Shown piece after piece: positions 49,177 to 59,004 of a stretch of 64,000 nt of DNA. Source of the DNA: Candidatus Hodarchaeota archaeon (lineage in GTDB: Archaea > Asgardarchaeota > Lokiarchaeia > Sigyniarchaeales > SOKP01); NCBI GenBank assembly GCA_048887225.1, contig JBHLJY010000005.1:96001-160000 (forward strand), read 5' to 3'. The notes beneath the pieces are model-generated. The model ran no database searches. It saw nothing but the letters and a program-made list of their open reading frames with translations, and was not told where the DNA came from. The position numbers were made by a program, and so were the translations under genes. The stretch's first letter is position 1. Each line of letters starts with the position of its first letter.

Positions 49177-49312
49177 TGCGCGGAGGGGGAATTCCGCATA
49201 GATCCAAAGTAGATCGGTGATTCGAACCCCCGACCATCGTGACCTATACATATGTTTAAATAGGTATACACGGTGTGAGCGTGTCGTTATCGCCAAGCTA
49301 AACCATCCGCGC
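49177..49312 (-). tRNA. tRNA-Val(CAC) with two introns (49236-49266 and 49191-49220)
   Basis: Acceptor GCGCGGA/TCCGCGC+A, D-arm GTTT..TAAC, anticodon arm ACACG-CTCACAC-CGTGT. After splicing: AGGTC-GGGGG-TTCGAAT-CCCCC, 75 nt, CCA not encoded. Confidence 0.9.
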
Positions 49313-49489
49313 ATTCTACTATTATGAAGAAAAGAGTAGAATGAATTAAAATTTTCTTTTTCAATACCAATTTAAATGCTAATTATTATGACTTAAATAA
49401 TATTTTTTAAGAGATCTTTAAGACTCTATTACTTTATATAATTTCTTTAATCCACAGTATTATAAACAACTAAGGAATTATGTTTACTG

Positions 49490-51838
49490 GTGATTTCATT
49501 TTCGAAAACTAAAGAATTTATTACTCATCCGTTAATTAAGAGAGATTTAATTTTAAGACGGGCATATCAAGAGAATATATTTGTTAATTGCTTAAATCAA
49601 AATTGTTTAGTCGTAATTCCTACGGGTTTGGGCAAAACTGTTATAGGTCTAATGCTTGCTGTACATAGATTGACAGAAAAACCAAATTCTAAGGTTATTT
49701 TTTTAGCGCCAACAAAACCGTTAGTAGAACAACACTATAAATCATTTTTAGATTTTACACTTCTCCAGCCAGAATCGTTAAAATCCATAACGGGGGCAAT
49801 AGCGCCGGACAAAAGAAAGAAGATATGGGAAACTACAATCATTGCTTTTATGACGCCCCAAGTACTTCAAAACGACATTATATCAAACCTTTATTCAATT
49901 AAGGATGTTTCGCTAATTATATTTGATGAATGTCATAGAGCCGTGGGTGATTATGCGTATTGTTTTATTGCCAAAAAATATTTAGAAGATTCAAATTTTC
50001 CTCAAATATTAGGTCTTACAGCTAGTCCTGGTTCTACTGAAGAAAAAATCAGCGAAATTAAGACCAATCTATATATAGATCACGTAGAAGTTAGAACAGA
50101 AAAAGATTTGGATGTAATACCATATATTCATAATGTTGATAACGAATGGATTAAAATTAAACTTCCAAAAGAGTTTTTGGAAATAAAAAAAATATTAACC
50201 GAAAAATTAAAAGAAATTTATAAATGGTTAAAAGAAAACGATTTATTAGATTCCTATGATATTAATAAAATCAACAGAAAAGATCTATTAAAGTTAAATA
50301 GAGTAATCAATGGTAGAATTTCTGCTACTCGTAACAATCACGAAAGGTTCCAATTGTTCTACGCTAAAAAATTAGCAGCTAATGCAATACGGTTATCACA
50401 TATGACGGAATTAATAGAGACACAAGGTATAAATGCCCTAAAAGAATACATTGAAAAAAATGAATTAAAAATTAAGAAAAACACTGCAAATAAATCCTTG
50501 AAAGAATTATTTAATGATAATGATTTTAAACGAGTTCAAAAATTAACAAACCAAATACAAGCTAAAGGCATTTATCATCCTAAATTGGAAAAATTAAAAG
50601 AAATCTTAAATTCTCAAATAGTCGAAAATAAAACCTCGAGGATTTTAGTATTTTGTCATTTTAGGGACTCTGTTAATAACATAGTGAATTTTTTTGAAAA
50701 TTCTCCAATAGTAAGAGCTCATAAATTTATAGGACAAGCTACAAAAGGTTCTGATAGAGGTTTAACGCAAAAAGAACAAATTGCATTACTTAAAGAATTT
50801 AAAACAGGGACTTATAACACATTAGTTGGAACGAGCGTCGCTGAAGAAGGATTGGATATCGCAGAATGCGATTTAGTCGTTTTTTACGATGTTGTGCCAA
50901 GTGCGATACGATCTATTCAACGTAGAGGACGTACAGGCAGGAAAAAAGAAGGTAAGGTTTTTGTTTTGATGGCTGAAGACACACGGGATGAAGGATACTA
51001 TTGGGCTGAAAAAATAAAAGAAAAAACCATGAAGGATAGTCTAAAGAAAATTAAAGAAGCTGAGAATCAATCGAAATCAGGACAATCTAACCTTTTAAAT
51101 TTTATTTCTCAAGAAAAAGAAAAGAAGAGTGAATTAAGAAAAGTAGATGATATAGACTCTAATACAATTAAAAGAATTGAAGAGGCTAACAGTTATGAGA
51201 TCGTATGCGATAATCGAGAAACCGCATCACCAGTCGTTAGAAAGTTGTCGTTAATAGGAATAAATTTAAAATTGGAACAATTAGATGTGGCCGATTATAT
51301 CATTTCAAATCGAGTTGGAATCGAAAGAAAAACAGCCCTAGATTTTAACGATTCTATAAAAGATGGAAGGTTATTTAACGAATTAATAGAATTAGGAAAT
51401 AATTTTGAGAGACCAATTTTGATTTTAGAGGGAGATCCATTTTTAAATTCAAAAATTAACGATAATGCTCTTTATGGAGCTATAACCTCAATTATTTTAA
51501 ATTTAGGGATATCTGTTTACAAGACAAAAGATTCCATGGAAACTGCAATATTCTTATACCAGTTAGCTAAAAAAGAACAACAATCTTATTCTAAAGGCAA
51601 AATAAAATTAAGATTTGATAAAGCACCTATTGAAAAGTCTTATTTATTAGAATATATAGTTGCTGGAATTCCTGGTGTAAATTCTTTGAGAGCTAAGAAT
51701 TTATTGAGTGAGTTAAAAACTCTAAAAAATATTATTAATTCGGACATTGGGGAATTAATGAAAGTTGAGAACATTGGCAAAAAAATTGCGCAAAATATCT
51801 ATAAATTGGCTAGGTGGAAGTATCAAAATAAATCTTAA
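49490..51838 (+). CDS. hef: Hef (FANCM-like DEAH helicase plus ERCC4/XPF nuclease plus HhH)
   Basis: PTGLGKT, DECH, TASPG, EEGLDI, QRRGRTGR; DNRE, DY, ERKT..DF; IPGV..RA. Confidence 0.93.
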   Translation: MISFSKTKEFITHPLIKRDLILRRAYQENIFVNCLNQNCLVVIPTGLGKTVIGLMLAVHRLTEKPNSKVIFLAPTKPLVEQHYKSFLDFTLLQPESLKSITGAIAPDKRKKIWETTIIAFMTPQVLQNDIISNLYSIKDVSLIIFDECHRAVGDYAYCFIAKKYLEDSNFPQILGLTASPGSTEEKISEIKTNLYIDHVEVRTEKDLDVIPYIHNVDNEWIKIKLPKEFLEIKKILTEKLKEIYKWLKENDLLDSYDINKINRKDLLKLNRVINGRISATRNNHERFQLFYAKKLAANAIRLSHMTELIETQGINALKEYIEKNELKIKKNTANKSLKELFNDNDFKRVQKLTNQIQAKGIYHPKLEKLKEILNSQIVENKTSRILVFCHFRDSVNNIVNFFENSPIVRAHKFIGQATKGSDRGLTQKEQIALLKEFKTGTYNTLVGTSVAEEGLDIAECDLVVFYDVVPSAIRSIQRRGRTGRKKEGKVFVLMAEDTRDEGYYWAEKIKEKTMKDSLKKIKEAENQSKSGQSNLLNFISQEKEKKSELRKVDDIDSNTIKRIEEANSYEIVCDNRETASPVVRKLSLIGINLKLEQLDVADYIISNRVGIERKTALDFNDSIKDGRLFNELIELGNNFERPILILEGDPFLNSKINDNALYGAITSIILNLGISVYKTKDSMETAIFLYQLAKKEQQSYSKGKIKLRFDKAPIEKSYLLEYIVAGIPGVNSLRAKNLLSELKTLKNIINSDIGELMKVENIGKKIAQNIYKLARWKYQNKS

Positions 51839-51908
51839 ATCAGTAAATATTATTAAACATCTTAATTAATAATAATATAATTGAATTATTTTTAGGAAGA
51901 TCTTTCAA

Positions 51909-52502
51909 ATGATTAAATTCAAGGTTGTTATAGCTGGAGATAAAAATGTGGGAAAGACATCACTTTTGAGGCGCTATGCAACTGGTAAATTTGATAAAAG
52001 TACTTTGTCGACAATTGGAGTTGATTTCGAGACAAAAAAAGTAAATGTTGGGGCAGAAGTTGATATACTTCTCAATCTATGGGACTTCGGGGGAGAAAAG
52101 AAGTTTCGCATTCTTTTTCCTTCCTATGCTTCTGGCGCGTCTGGAGCTTTATTGCTCTATGATATTACAAATAAAGAGAGTTTAACAGATCTTCATGATT
52201 GGATAAAAATCATAAGTAATGTTCAAAATCCTCCAAGGACCAAAATATTAATAGAAAACAAAATAGATTTAGAAGGCCAGAGGGAAGTTTCGAGAGAAAA
52301 AGCCATGGAAATTTTTAAGCAATATAATTTTCAAGGAGAAATCATAGGAACTTCCGCAAAGACGGGTCAAAATGTAGAGGAGGCTTTTCAGATGTTAGGA
52401 GAACAGATACTTAAAAATTCTTTAATAAAATGCTCTAATTGTGGGAAGCATTATCCAATTGAATTAAAATTCTGCCAATATTGTGGCACGAAGCGTTATT
52501 AA
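51909..52502 (+). CDS. Rab/Ras-like small GTPase with C-terminal Zn ribbon (copy 3)
   Basis: GDKNVGKT, STIGVDF, WDFGGEKKFR, ENKID, TSAK, CSNC..CQYC. Confidence 0.92.
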   Translation: MIKFKVVIAGDKNVGKTSLLRRYATGKFDKSTLSTIGVDFETKKVNVGAEVDILLNLWDFGGEKKFRILFPSYASGASGALLLYDITNKESLTDLHDWIKIISNVQNPPRTKILIENKIDLEGQREVSREKAMEIFKQYNFQGEIIGTSAKTGQNVEEAFQMLGEQILKNSLIKCSNCGKHYPIELKFCQYCGTKRY

Positions 52503-52677
52503 TTTTTTTAATCGATTTTTTAAATATTCAGGAATATATATTTTTCCTAATAGAAGCTTATTACTTCATTGAATTTAGTATAATTTCTTATTTTTAAAAA
52601 AAAATATATCTTAAAGAAAATTTTACATATAAAAATCATTAAAAAAATATCCTTAACATATCCCAGTCGTTATTAAA

Positions 52678-53748
52678 ATGAGGTATAATATTAACGATGA
52701 TATACAAGAGATCTTAAAGCGTCTTGAAGAAGAGAATATCTCTTTTGAAAACAAAACAATATTAGTTACAGGGGGAGCCGGCTTTCTAGGCTCATGGGTA
52801 TGTGATGTGTTAGTAAAACAAGGGGCTTATTGTATTTGTCTAGATAATTTCTCGTCTGGGCGCTACGAAAATATAGCTCATTTAATGGAAAGGGAAAATT
52901 TTAGGTTTATTAAACACGACATTTCCCAACCTATCTTTTTTGGTTTAACCCATAATTCAAATATTGTTTGTGTAGGAGATATTAAAAAAATTGACATTGT
53001 TATGCATATGGCAAGTAGAGCATCTCCTTTCGAATTCCAACAATATCCAATATCAATTCTAAAAAGTAATACGCTTGGAACAATGATCGCGTTAGGTATA
53101 GCTAAGGAACATGATTCTACGTTCTTTTATACGAGCACATCAGAAGTATACGGAAATCCTCCGAAAGAAGCTGTACCCACATCTGAAAATTACTTCGGAC
53201 ATGTAAATCCTGTTGGACCACGTAGCTGTTATGATGAATCAAAAAGAGCTGGTGAAGCATTCATAAAAGCTTATGAACTTGAACATAACTTAAGAATAAA
53301 AATCAGTAGAATTTTCAACACATCTGGCCCTAGAATACGACATGGTCCGGAATTCGGTCGAGTTATTCCAAATTTTATACATCAGGCTTTAAATGATAAC
53401 GATATAACAGTTTTTGGCGATGGATCACAGACTCGATCTTTTACTTATGTTGTGGATGAAGTCGAAGGAATTTTAAAGATTGTTTATAATGACGAAGCTA
53501 TTGGAGAGGTTATAAATTTAGGAAATGATAAAGAATTTACGATTCTCGAATTAGCAAATTTGATAATTGATTTAACAAATTCAAACTCAAAAATAACATT
53601 TCATCCACTTCCTATTGATGATCCAGTGAGAAGATGTCCAGTCTTAAAAAAAGCTAAAGAAATTATAAATTGGCAACCTACAACTTCAACAGAAGAGGGA
53701 TTAAAAAAAACTATTGCGTGGTTTAAAGATATTGAGCAAGCCGAATAA
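52678..53748 (+). CDS. UDP-glucuronate decarboxylase-like NAD-dependent epimerase/dehydratase
   Basis: TGGAGFLGS, ASRASP, TSTSEVYG, GPRSCYDESKR, GDGSQTRSF, DDP.RR.P. Confidence 0.9.
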   Translation: MRYNINDDIQEILKRLEEENISFENKTILVTGGAGFLGSWVCDVLVKQGAYCICLDNFSSGRYENIAHLMERENFRFIKHDISQPIFFGLTHNSNIVCVGDIKKIDIVMHMASRASPFEFQQYPISILKSNTLGTMIALGIAKEHDSTFFYTSTSEVYGNPPKEAVPTSENYFGHVNPVGPRSCYDESKRAGEAFIKAYELEHNLRIKISRIFNTSGPRIRHGPEFGRVIPNFIHQALNDNDITVFGDGSQTRSFTYVVDEVEGILKIVYNDEAIGEVINLGNDKEFTILELANLIIDLTNSNSKITFHPLPIDDPVRRCPVLKKAKEIINWQPTTSTEEGLKKTIAWFKDIEQAE

Positions 53749-54280
53749 ACAAAAAGAACAAGAGAAAGTGGAACTAAACCTTGAAAATAGACAATTTCAA
53801 AAACTACTTAAAGTTAGTTTACTAATGGGAATAATTATTGTCTCTGGCTTTATTGTTTATTATATTTGGTATTTTAATTTCTCGCAAGAAGAGGATTATG
53901 TTGGTTTTGGAATTCTAAACCATCGTAAAGAAGCAGAAGATTACCCTACGATTGCATATGTTAATCAAACTGTTATTTTCTATGTTACAGTTGAATGGAA
54001 GGCAAAGATATTTAGCAATGATTTTACGTTTAAAGTAAGAGTCTATAGAGGAGGTAATCAGACTGAATTAAGCTCAGATGGGGCTCAAAACGCAGAGTTT
54101 CTTTATTCAACTGATAAAGTAACTCTAAAACCAAATGAAGAATGGGAGTCAGACGAATTAAGTGTGTCTTTTCCTCAATCTGGATCAAATCAAATTATTA
54201 TTGTAGAATTATGGGAATATACTGATGATAAAAGAGAATTCTACGATATTTTATGGTTACGGTTAAATATAATTTCTTAA
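53714..54280 (+). CDS. Single-TM membrane protein (DUF1616-like)
   Basis: One TM helix, then F.IL....AEDYP...LWL. Start uncertain (53714 or 53732). Confidence 0.6.
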   Translation: MRGLKILSKPNKQKEQEKVELNLENRQFQKLLKVSLLMGIIIVSGFIVYYIWYFNFSQEEDYVGFGILNHRKEAEDYPTIAYVNQTVIFYVTVEWKAKIFSNDFTFKVRVYRGGNQTELSSDGAQNAEFLYSTDKVTLKPNEEWESDELSVSFPQSGSNQIIIVELWEYTDDKREFYDILWLRLNIIS

Positions 54281-54296
54281 AATATTGAATCACAGC

Positions 54297-55667
54297 TTAA
54301 CTCACTGCCCCAATAATTCTTACATCCTTGATTCTTACAAAAGGAGCATGATATGCACCATAAATGCTAAATTCTTTAGAAACAGCATCAATATTTTTGA
54401 ATAGATCTAAAAGATTTATTCCAAACATAGTTTCGTTCAACGGTTCTTTTATCTCTCCATTTTCAATTAAATTGCCGTGAAGAATTAAGCCAGAAAAATC
54501 ACCAGTAGTTATATTAGGCGAATCACCTGTATAATCTAAGATGATTCCCTCATTTACATCCTTGATGATTTCTTCTTTAGTATAATCTCCATTTTTCATA
54601 ATAAAATTGGAAATGCCAATTGACGGTACAGAACTATACGAACTTCGAGAAGCATTCCCCGTACTTTCAACTCCTTCTTTTCCTGCTGTATAGCTATTAT
54701 GGATTAATTGAAGAAATTTGCCGTTTTCAATTATTCTTTTATTTTTGCACGGAACACCCTCACCATCAAATTGAGTTGAACCTGATAGTCCATTTATTAA
54801 CGCATTGTCCTCAATGTTTAAATATTCTGTACCTATTATTTTATCTTTTTTGCCAACAAGAAAGCTTCTCTTATATTGAAAAGTTTCTCCATTAACTGCG
54901 GAAGCAATTGGGTTCAAAATAAAACTAATTGTACCTTTAGGTGTTAATATCAACGGAACTCTCATATTTTTTATTTTAATGCGATTTAAATTCCGTTTTG
55001 CATCTTCTAATGCCCTTTTGGCAATTTTTATAGCATTAATATTTTTTAGACTTCTTTCAGATTGCCAATCGTACCCGAATGAAGTCTCATTTCGGATTTT
55101 ATCCTTAACAATGATGTTTGAAGAAATTGAACAATTTGTTTCCATACCATTAATTTCTACACCATTAGTGTTAAAGATATACCTCTTAGAATAGTTTGAT
55201 AGAAAATTTGCCGATTGAGATATCGCCATCTCATCATTGTTGCATATTTTAATTAAATCCTCAGCATATTCTACAGAATCTTCAATTTGCAAATTTTTTA
55301 ATTTAGAATCAAATAAACCTTTTACTCGGGGATAACTATTACATTTTTTTGGTAAATCCTTAAAATCTACATCTTCAGTGCCAGCTTTCATCATTTTACT
55401 TGCTACTTTAACAGTCCTTTCAATTGACTTTTTCTCTAAGGCGTTAGTAAATGCAAAACCAAGTGAACCCCGTTTGTCTATAACTCTTATTGAGACGCCA
55501 AAGTCGCTTCCGATTTCACTATTTTTAACAGAATTTTCTTCAATTTCAATGCTTATATAATTATTTTTGCCAAAAAAAATTTCTGCACAACTGAGATTAG
55601 AATTACTCTTTTCTGCTAAATTTAAACCATATTTAGCTAAACTATAAACATCGATCTTATTATCCAT
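54297..55667 (-). CDS. pmbA: PmbA/TldE protein
   Basis: FDGEGVP, STGNA, N.TTGDFS; no HExxH. Confidence 0.88.
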   Translation of the reverse strand: MDNKIDVYSLAKYGLNLAEKSNSNLSCAEIFFGKNNYISIEIEENSVKNSEIGSDFGVSIRVIDKRGSLGFAFTNALEKKSIERTVKVASKMMKAGTEDVDFKDLPKKCNSYPRVKGLFDSKLKNLQIEDSVEYAEDLIKICNNDEMAISQSANFLSNYSKRYIFNTNGVEINGMETNCSISSNIIVKDKIRNETSFGYDWQSERSLKNINAIKIAKRALEDAKRNLNRIKIKNMRVPLILTPKGTISFILNPIASAVNGETFQYKRSFLVGKKDKIIGTEYLNIEDNALINGLSGSTQFDGEGVPCKNKRIIENGKFLQLIHNSYTAGKEGVESTGNASRSSYSSVPSIGISNFIMKNGDYTKEEIIKDVNEGIILDYTGDSPNITTGDFSGLILHGNLIENGEIKEPLNETMFGINLLDLFKNIDAVSKEFSIYGAYHAPFVRIKDVRIIGAVS

Positions 55668-57116
55668 TTAATTTAAACCTCCCACTACTACATTTTCTAC
55701 TCTAATATATGGTCCACCATCACAAACGCGAACGCTTTGTCCACCTTTACCACACATTCCGTCACTATAGCTAATCTCTTTTCCAATTGCAGAAATTTTA
55801 TTTAGAACTTCTAGCGTCATACCAGATAATGCGACATCTCTCATCATTTCCTTTTTTTCTCCATTCTCAATTTTATAGGACATTTTGCATTTAAATTGGA
55901 AGTTTCCTGTCGTTGTATCCGTGTATCCATATTGAAAATCTTCGCAAAGAATTCCATTTTGAGTGTCCTCAATCATTTCCTCCAAGCTCCAATCTTTTGG
56001 CTCAAGTATTGTTATCCCCATACGAACTTGGGGTTTTGAACTATTTGAAGCTGCTCTACCGTGACCATTTGCGGGAAAATTCATTCTTGAAGAGGTTTCA
56101 AGACTATGTAAAAAACTTTTTAAAATACCATTTTTGATTATCACAGTTTTCTGTGAGAGAATCCCCTCATCATCAACAAAATAACTTCCAAATAATTCAT
56201 AGGGCAAATTATATTTTTTTCCTTGTCCCATCGTTGGATCATCAATAATACTAACATCCTTAATTGCTACTTTCTCTCCAATTTTTCCTTCTAAAATACT
56301 TTCTTTATTTAGAACTATATCAGCCTCACAAGCATGACCAAAAGCTTCGTGTACAAAAGTGCCTGTTAATTTAGGGTCCATAATAACTTTAAATTTACCC
56401 CCAATCGGAGATTTTGCGTCCAGCAACTGAATTGCTTCTCTTGCCGTTTTATTACTTAAATTGTTGGCTTCCTCAGTATCAACAATTTCAAAACCTCCAA
56501 GCCCGCCAATGGAATTAACAGCCCTTTGAAGAATTCCATTTTTTTTAGCATAGACTAAACTATATAATCGTATTAAAGTTATATCTTGAGATATTATGCT
56601 TCCAAAGGAATTTAAAAACAAATTATAGGAGTGTCCATCAATGTAATAAGTATGTGTATTTTTTACACGTGAAGAATAGTTGGAGGCTATTTTTTCGTGA
56701 TACTTAACTTTCTCTATTTTCTCTTCAATACTAATGCTTTCTAGTTTCTTCTTATTACTAATTTTGAAGTTTTTAATTAACGGATCTCTTTCTTCTATCT
56801 TAAATTTATTCTTACATAAAGATTCTGATAATTTTGCAAGTTTGATTGCTTTCATAAATCCATTTTTTATAGACTCTTTAGAAATATCTTTAAGAACTGT
56901 GAATCCCCACCCACCATTAATAAAAGTTCTGATTCCACATTCACTAACTTTGAAAGAAGATATTTCCTTGCTCTTCTGATCTGTAAAATCTAGATTAGTT
57001 CCTACTCCTATTCCAGCTTTAATATCCCAGTATTCTATTTTATTTAATGCTATTTGATTAAGTTCATTAATCAAATTATTGTCAATTTGTATTAGGTTAT
57101 CAATATTAATTGTCAT
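55668..57116 (-). CDS. tldD: TldD metalloprotease
   Basis: HEAFGHACEAD, DDEG, NGHGR, CGKGGQ...GGP; abuts pmbA. Confidence 0.92.
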   Translation of the reverse strand: MTINIDNLIQIDNNLINELNQIALNKIEYWDIKAGIGVGTNLDFTDQKSKEISSFKVSECGIRTFINGGWGFTVLKDISKESIKNGFMKAIKLAKLSESLCKNKFKIEERDPLIKNFKISNKKKLESISIEEKIEKVKYHEKIASNYSSRVKNTHTYYIDGHSYNLFLNSFGSIISQDITLIRLYSLVYAKKNGILQRAVNSIGGLGGFEIVDTEEANNLSNKTAREAIQLLDAKSPIGGKFKVIMDPKLTGTFVHEAFGHACEADIVLNKESILEGKIGEKVAIKDVSIIDDPTMGQGKKYNLPYELFGSYFVDDEGILSQKTVIIKNGILKSFLHSLETSSRMNFPANGHGRAASNSSKPQVRMGITILEPKDWSLEEMIEDTQNGILCEDFQYGYTDTTTGNFQFKCKMSYKIENGEKKEMMRDVALSGMTLEVLNKISAIGKEISYSDGMCGKGGQSVRVCDGGPYIRVENVVVGGLN

Positions 57117-57215
57117 AAAATAGATTAAATTATTAATTAAGTATGAAAATGAATCTATAAAAGAAAAAATTATGTAATTAAATTATTTAAACTCATTCTA
57201 TTGGAGAAATTCATC

Positions 57216-57482
57216 TTAAATATTTTTTTCTTTTAAGGGGAATAGTGTAATGAGATCGGTTTTTCGATTAATATATTTTGTAAGATTCTCACCATTACGT
57301 CTTTTTTTCAATTCTTTAATAATTGCTATAGCACTACTTACTGAACATTTTTTAGTGAATTTAGTTGATTTGTGATATAGAAATGTGTGAAAGCATTTCA
57401 AGCATTTCTTCCTTTTAATTATTTTATTACAGTAATACCATGCTCCGCAATAATAACATCTAAAAAAATAAAATTTTTGCAT
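57216..57482 (-). CDS. Small Zn-ribbon protein (DUF1922-like)
   Basis: FFRCYYCG.......KKCLKC. Confidence 0.6.
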   Translation of the reverse strand: MQKFYFFRCYYCGAWYYCNKIIKRKKCLKCFHTFLYHKSTKFTKKCSVSSAIAIIKELKKRRNGENLTKYINRKTDLITLFPLKEKNI

Positions 57483-57642
57483 TCTTGATCTATGAAGAAA
57501 AGAATATAATATAGTTTCAATAAGTTCGAGGATTTTCTAAATTTTCAATCATATTAATTTTTTAATAAAATTCTAATAAGTAATATAATATTAGGGACGA
57601 TACATTACATCAATTAGGAAAAAAAGAAAAAGGGAAGAAATT

Positions 57643-58995
57643 ATGGATCATAAATTTATTCACCCAGTTGAAACACGATATCGTACGAAAATTTCAGAGT
57701 TATTTACAGAAGAAAAAAAACTTAATGATTGGATGTTAATTGAGGCGGTTTTAGCGAAATCTCATGCAAGGTTAAGAACTATTCCAAAAGAAGCTGCAGA
57801 AGAAATAGATAAGGCAAGAAAGAAAGTTAAATTAGCGAGAGTTAAAGAAATAGACAGAGAAATTCACCATGATTTAATGGCCATGGTAAAAGCTTTAGCA
57901 GAACAATGCGAAGGAGATGCTGGTAAGTACATACACTTAGGCGCAACGAGTTATGATATTGAAGATACTGCTATAGCGTTACAATTAAGGGAGGCACTGC
58001 AGTATATACAAAATTCTCTAAAAGATTTACTCAAAGAACTTATAAGGCTTATGGAAGAGAAAAAAGAACTTGTCTGCATTGGTAGAACTCATGGACAGCA
58101 CGCACTTCCGACTACTTATGGGATGAGATTCGCGGTTTGGGCATATGAAATTGATAGACATCTCGAACGTATATCTGAAACTATGGGGCGTATTTCATAC
58201 GGGAAAATGTCTGGTGCTGTTGGAACTATGGCTAGTTTTGGTGAGAAGGGCATAGAATTACAAAAAATGGTCATGAAAGAATTAGATTTAAATCCTGTAA
58301 TGATTGCAAATCAAGTTGTTCAAAGGGATCGTCAAGCGGAAGTAATCTTATTGACGGCTTTAATTGGACAAACATTAGCTAAAATAGCAAGAGAGAATCG
58401 CATATTACAAAGAAACGAAATTGCAGAAATGTTTGAACCATTTAAGAAAGAACAAGTAGGAAGCTCAACAATGCCTCATAAAAGAAATCCTCACAAATCA
58501 GAACGAATTTGTAGTTTAGCAAGAGTGGTAAAATCTAACATAATTCCCGCGTTAGATAACATAATTTTAGAGGATGAACGTGATTTAACAAATTCAGCTT
58601 CAGAGAGAGTAATATTTGCCGAAAATTTCATATTTTTAGATTTTATGATAAAAGAATTAATAAAAAATCTTCAAGGGCTCGAATTTGACGAGGTTAAAAT
58701 AGAGGAAAACCTCAATCTTACAAAAGGCGCTTGCTTAGCTGAAAAACTTATGATGGAATTAGTTAATAAGGGAATTGGAAGACAAGAAGGGTATGAGATC
58801 TTAAGACAGGCAGCAATAAAAGCGAGAAAAAGGAGTGAATATCTTAAAGATGTCTTAATAGAGAACGAAAAAATTAAAAATAATTTCTCAAAAGAAGATA
58901 TAGACGAGATTTTAAATCCTCATAAATATATTGGGAAAGCAATTGAACAAGTAGATAATTTATTAAAAGTTCTTAAAGTTAAATATAAGTTGTAA
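57643..58995 (+). CDS. purB: Adenylosuccinate lyase
   Basis: HLGATS.DI.DTA, GRTHGQHA.PTT, GSSTMPHKRNP. Confidence 0.96.
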   Translation: MDHKFIHPVETRYRTKISELFTEEKKLNDWMLIEAVLAKSHARLRTIPKEAAEEIDKARKKVKLARVKEIDREIHHDLMAMVKALAEQCEGDAGKYIHLGATSYDIEDTAIALQLREALQYIQNSLKDLLKELIRLMEEKKELVCIGRTHGQHALPTTYGMRFAVWAYEIDRHLERISETMGRISYGKMSGAVGTMASFGEKGIELQKMVMKELDLNPVMIANQVVQRDRQAEVILLTALIGQTLAKIARENRILQRNEIAEMFEPFKKEQVGSSTMPHKRNPHKSERICSLARVVKSNIIPALDNIILEDERDLTNSASERVIFAENFIFLDFMIKELIKNLQGLEFDEVKIEENLNLTKGACLAEKLMMELVNKGIGRQEGYEILRQAAIKARKRSEYLKDVLIENEKIKNNFSKEDIDEILNPHKYIGKAIEQVDNLLKVLKVKYKL

Positions 58996-59004
58996 AGTTA
59001 TAAT

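Noticed and set aside
49100-49237. Long N-terminal extension of RpoK in the ORF track
   Set aside because: It translates through the 3' half of the tRNA and its downstream T-tracts.
54297-57482. TldD/PmbA plus a small Cys-rich ORF as a RiPP cluster
   Set aside because: TldD/E pairs are ubiquitous in archaea, the small ORF looks like a Zn ribbon, and there is no YcaO or radical-SAM maturase adjacent.
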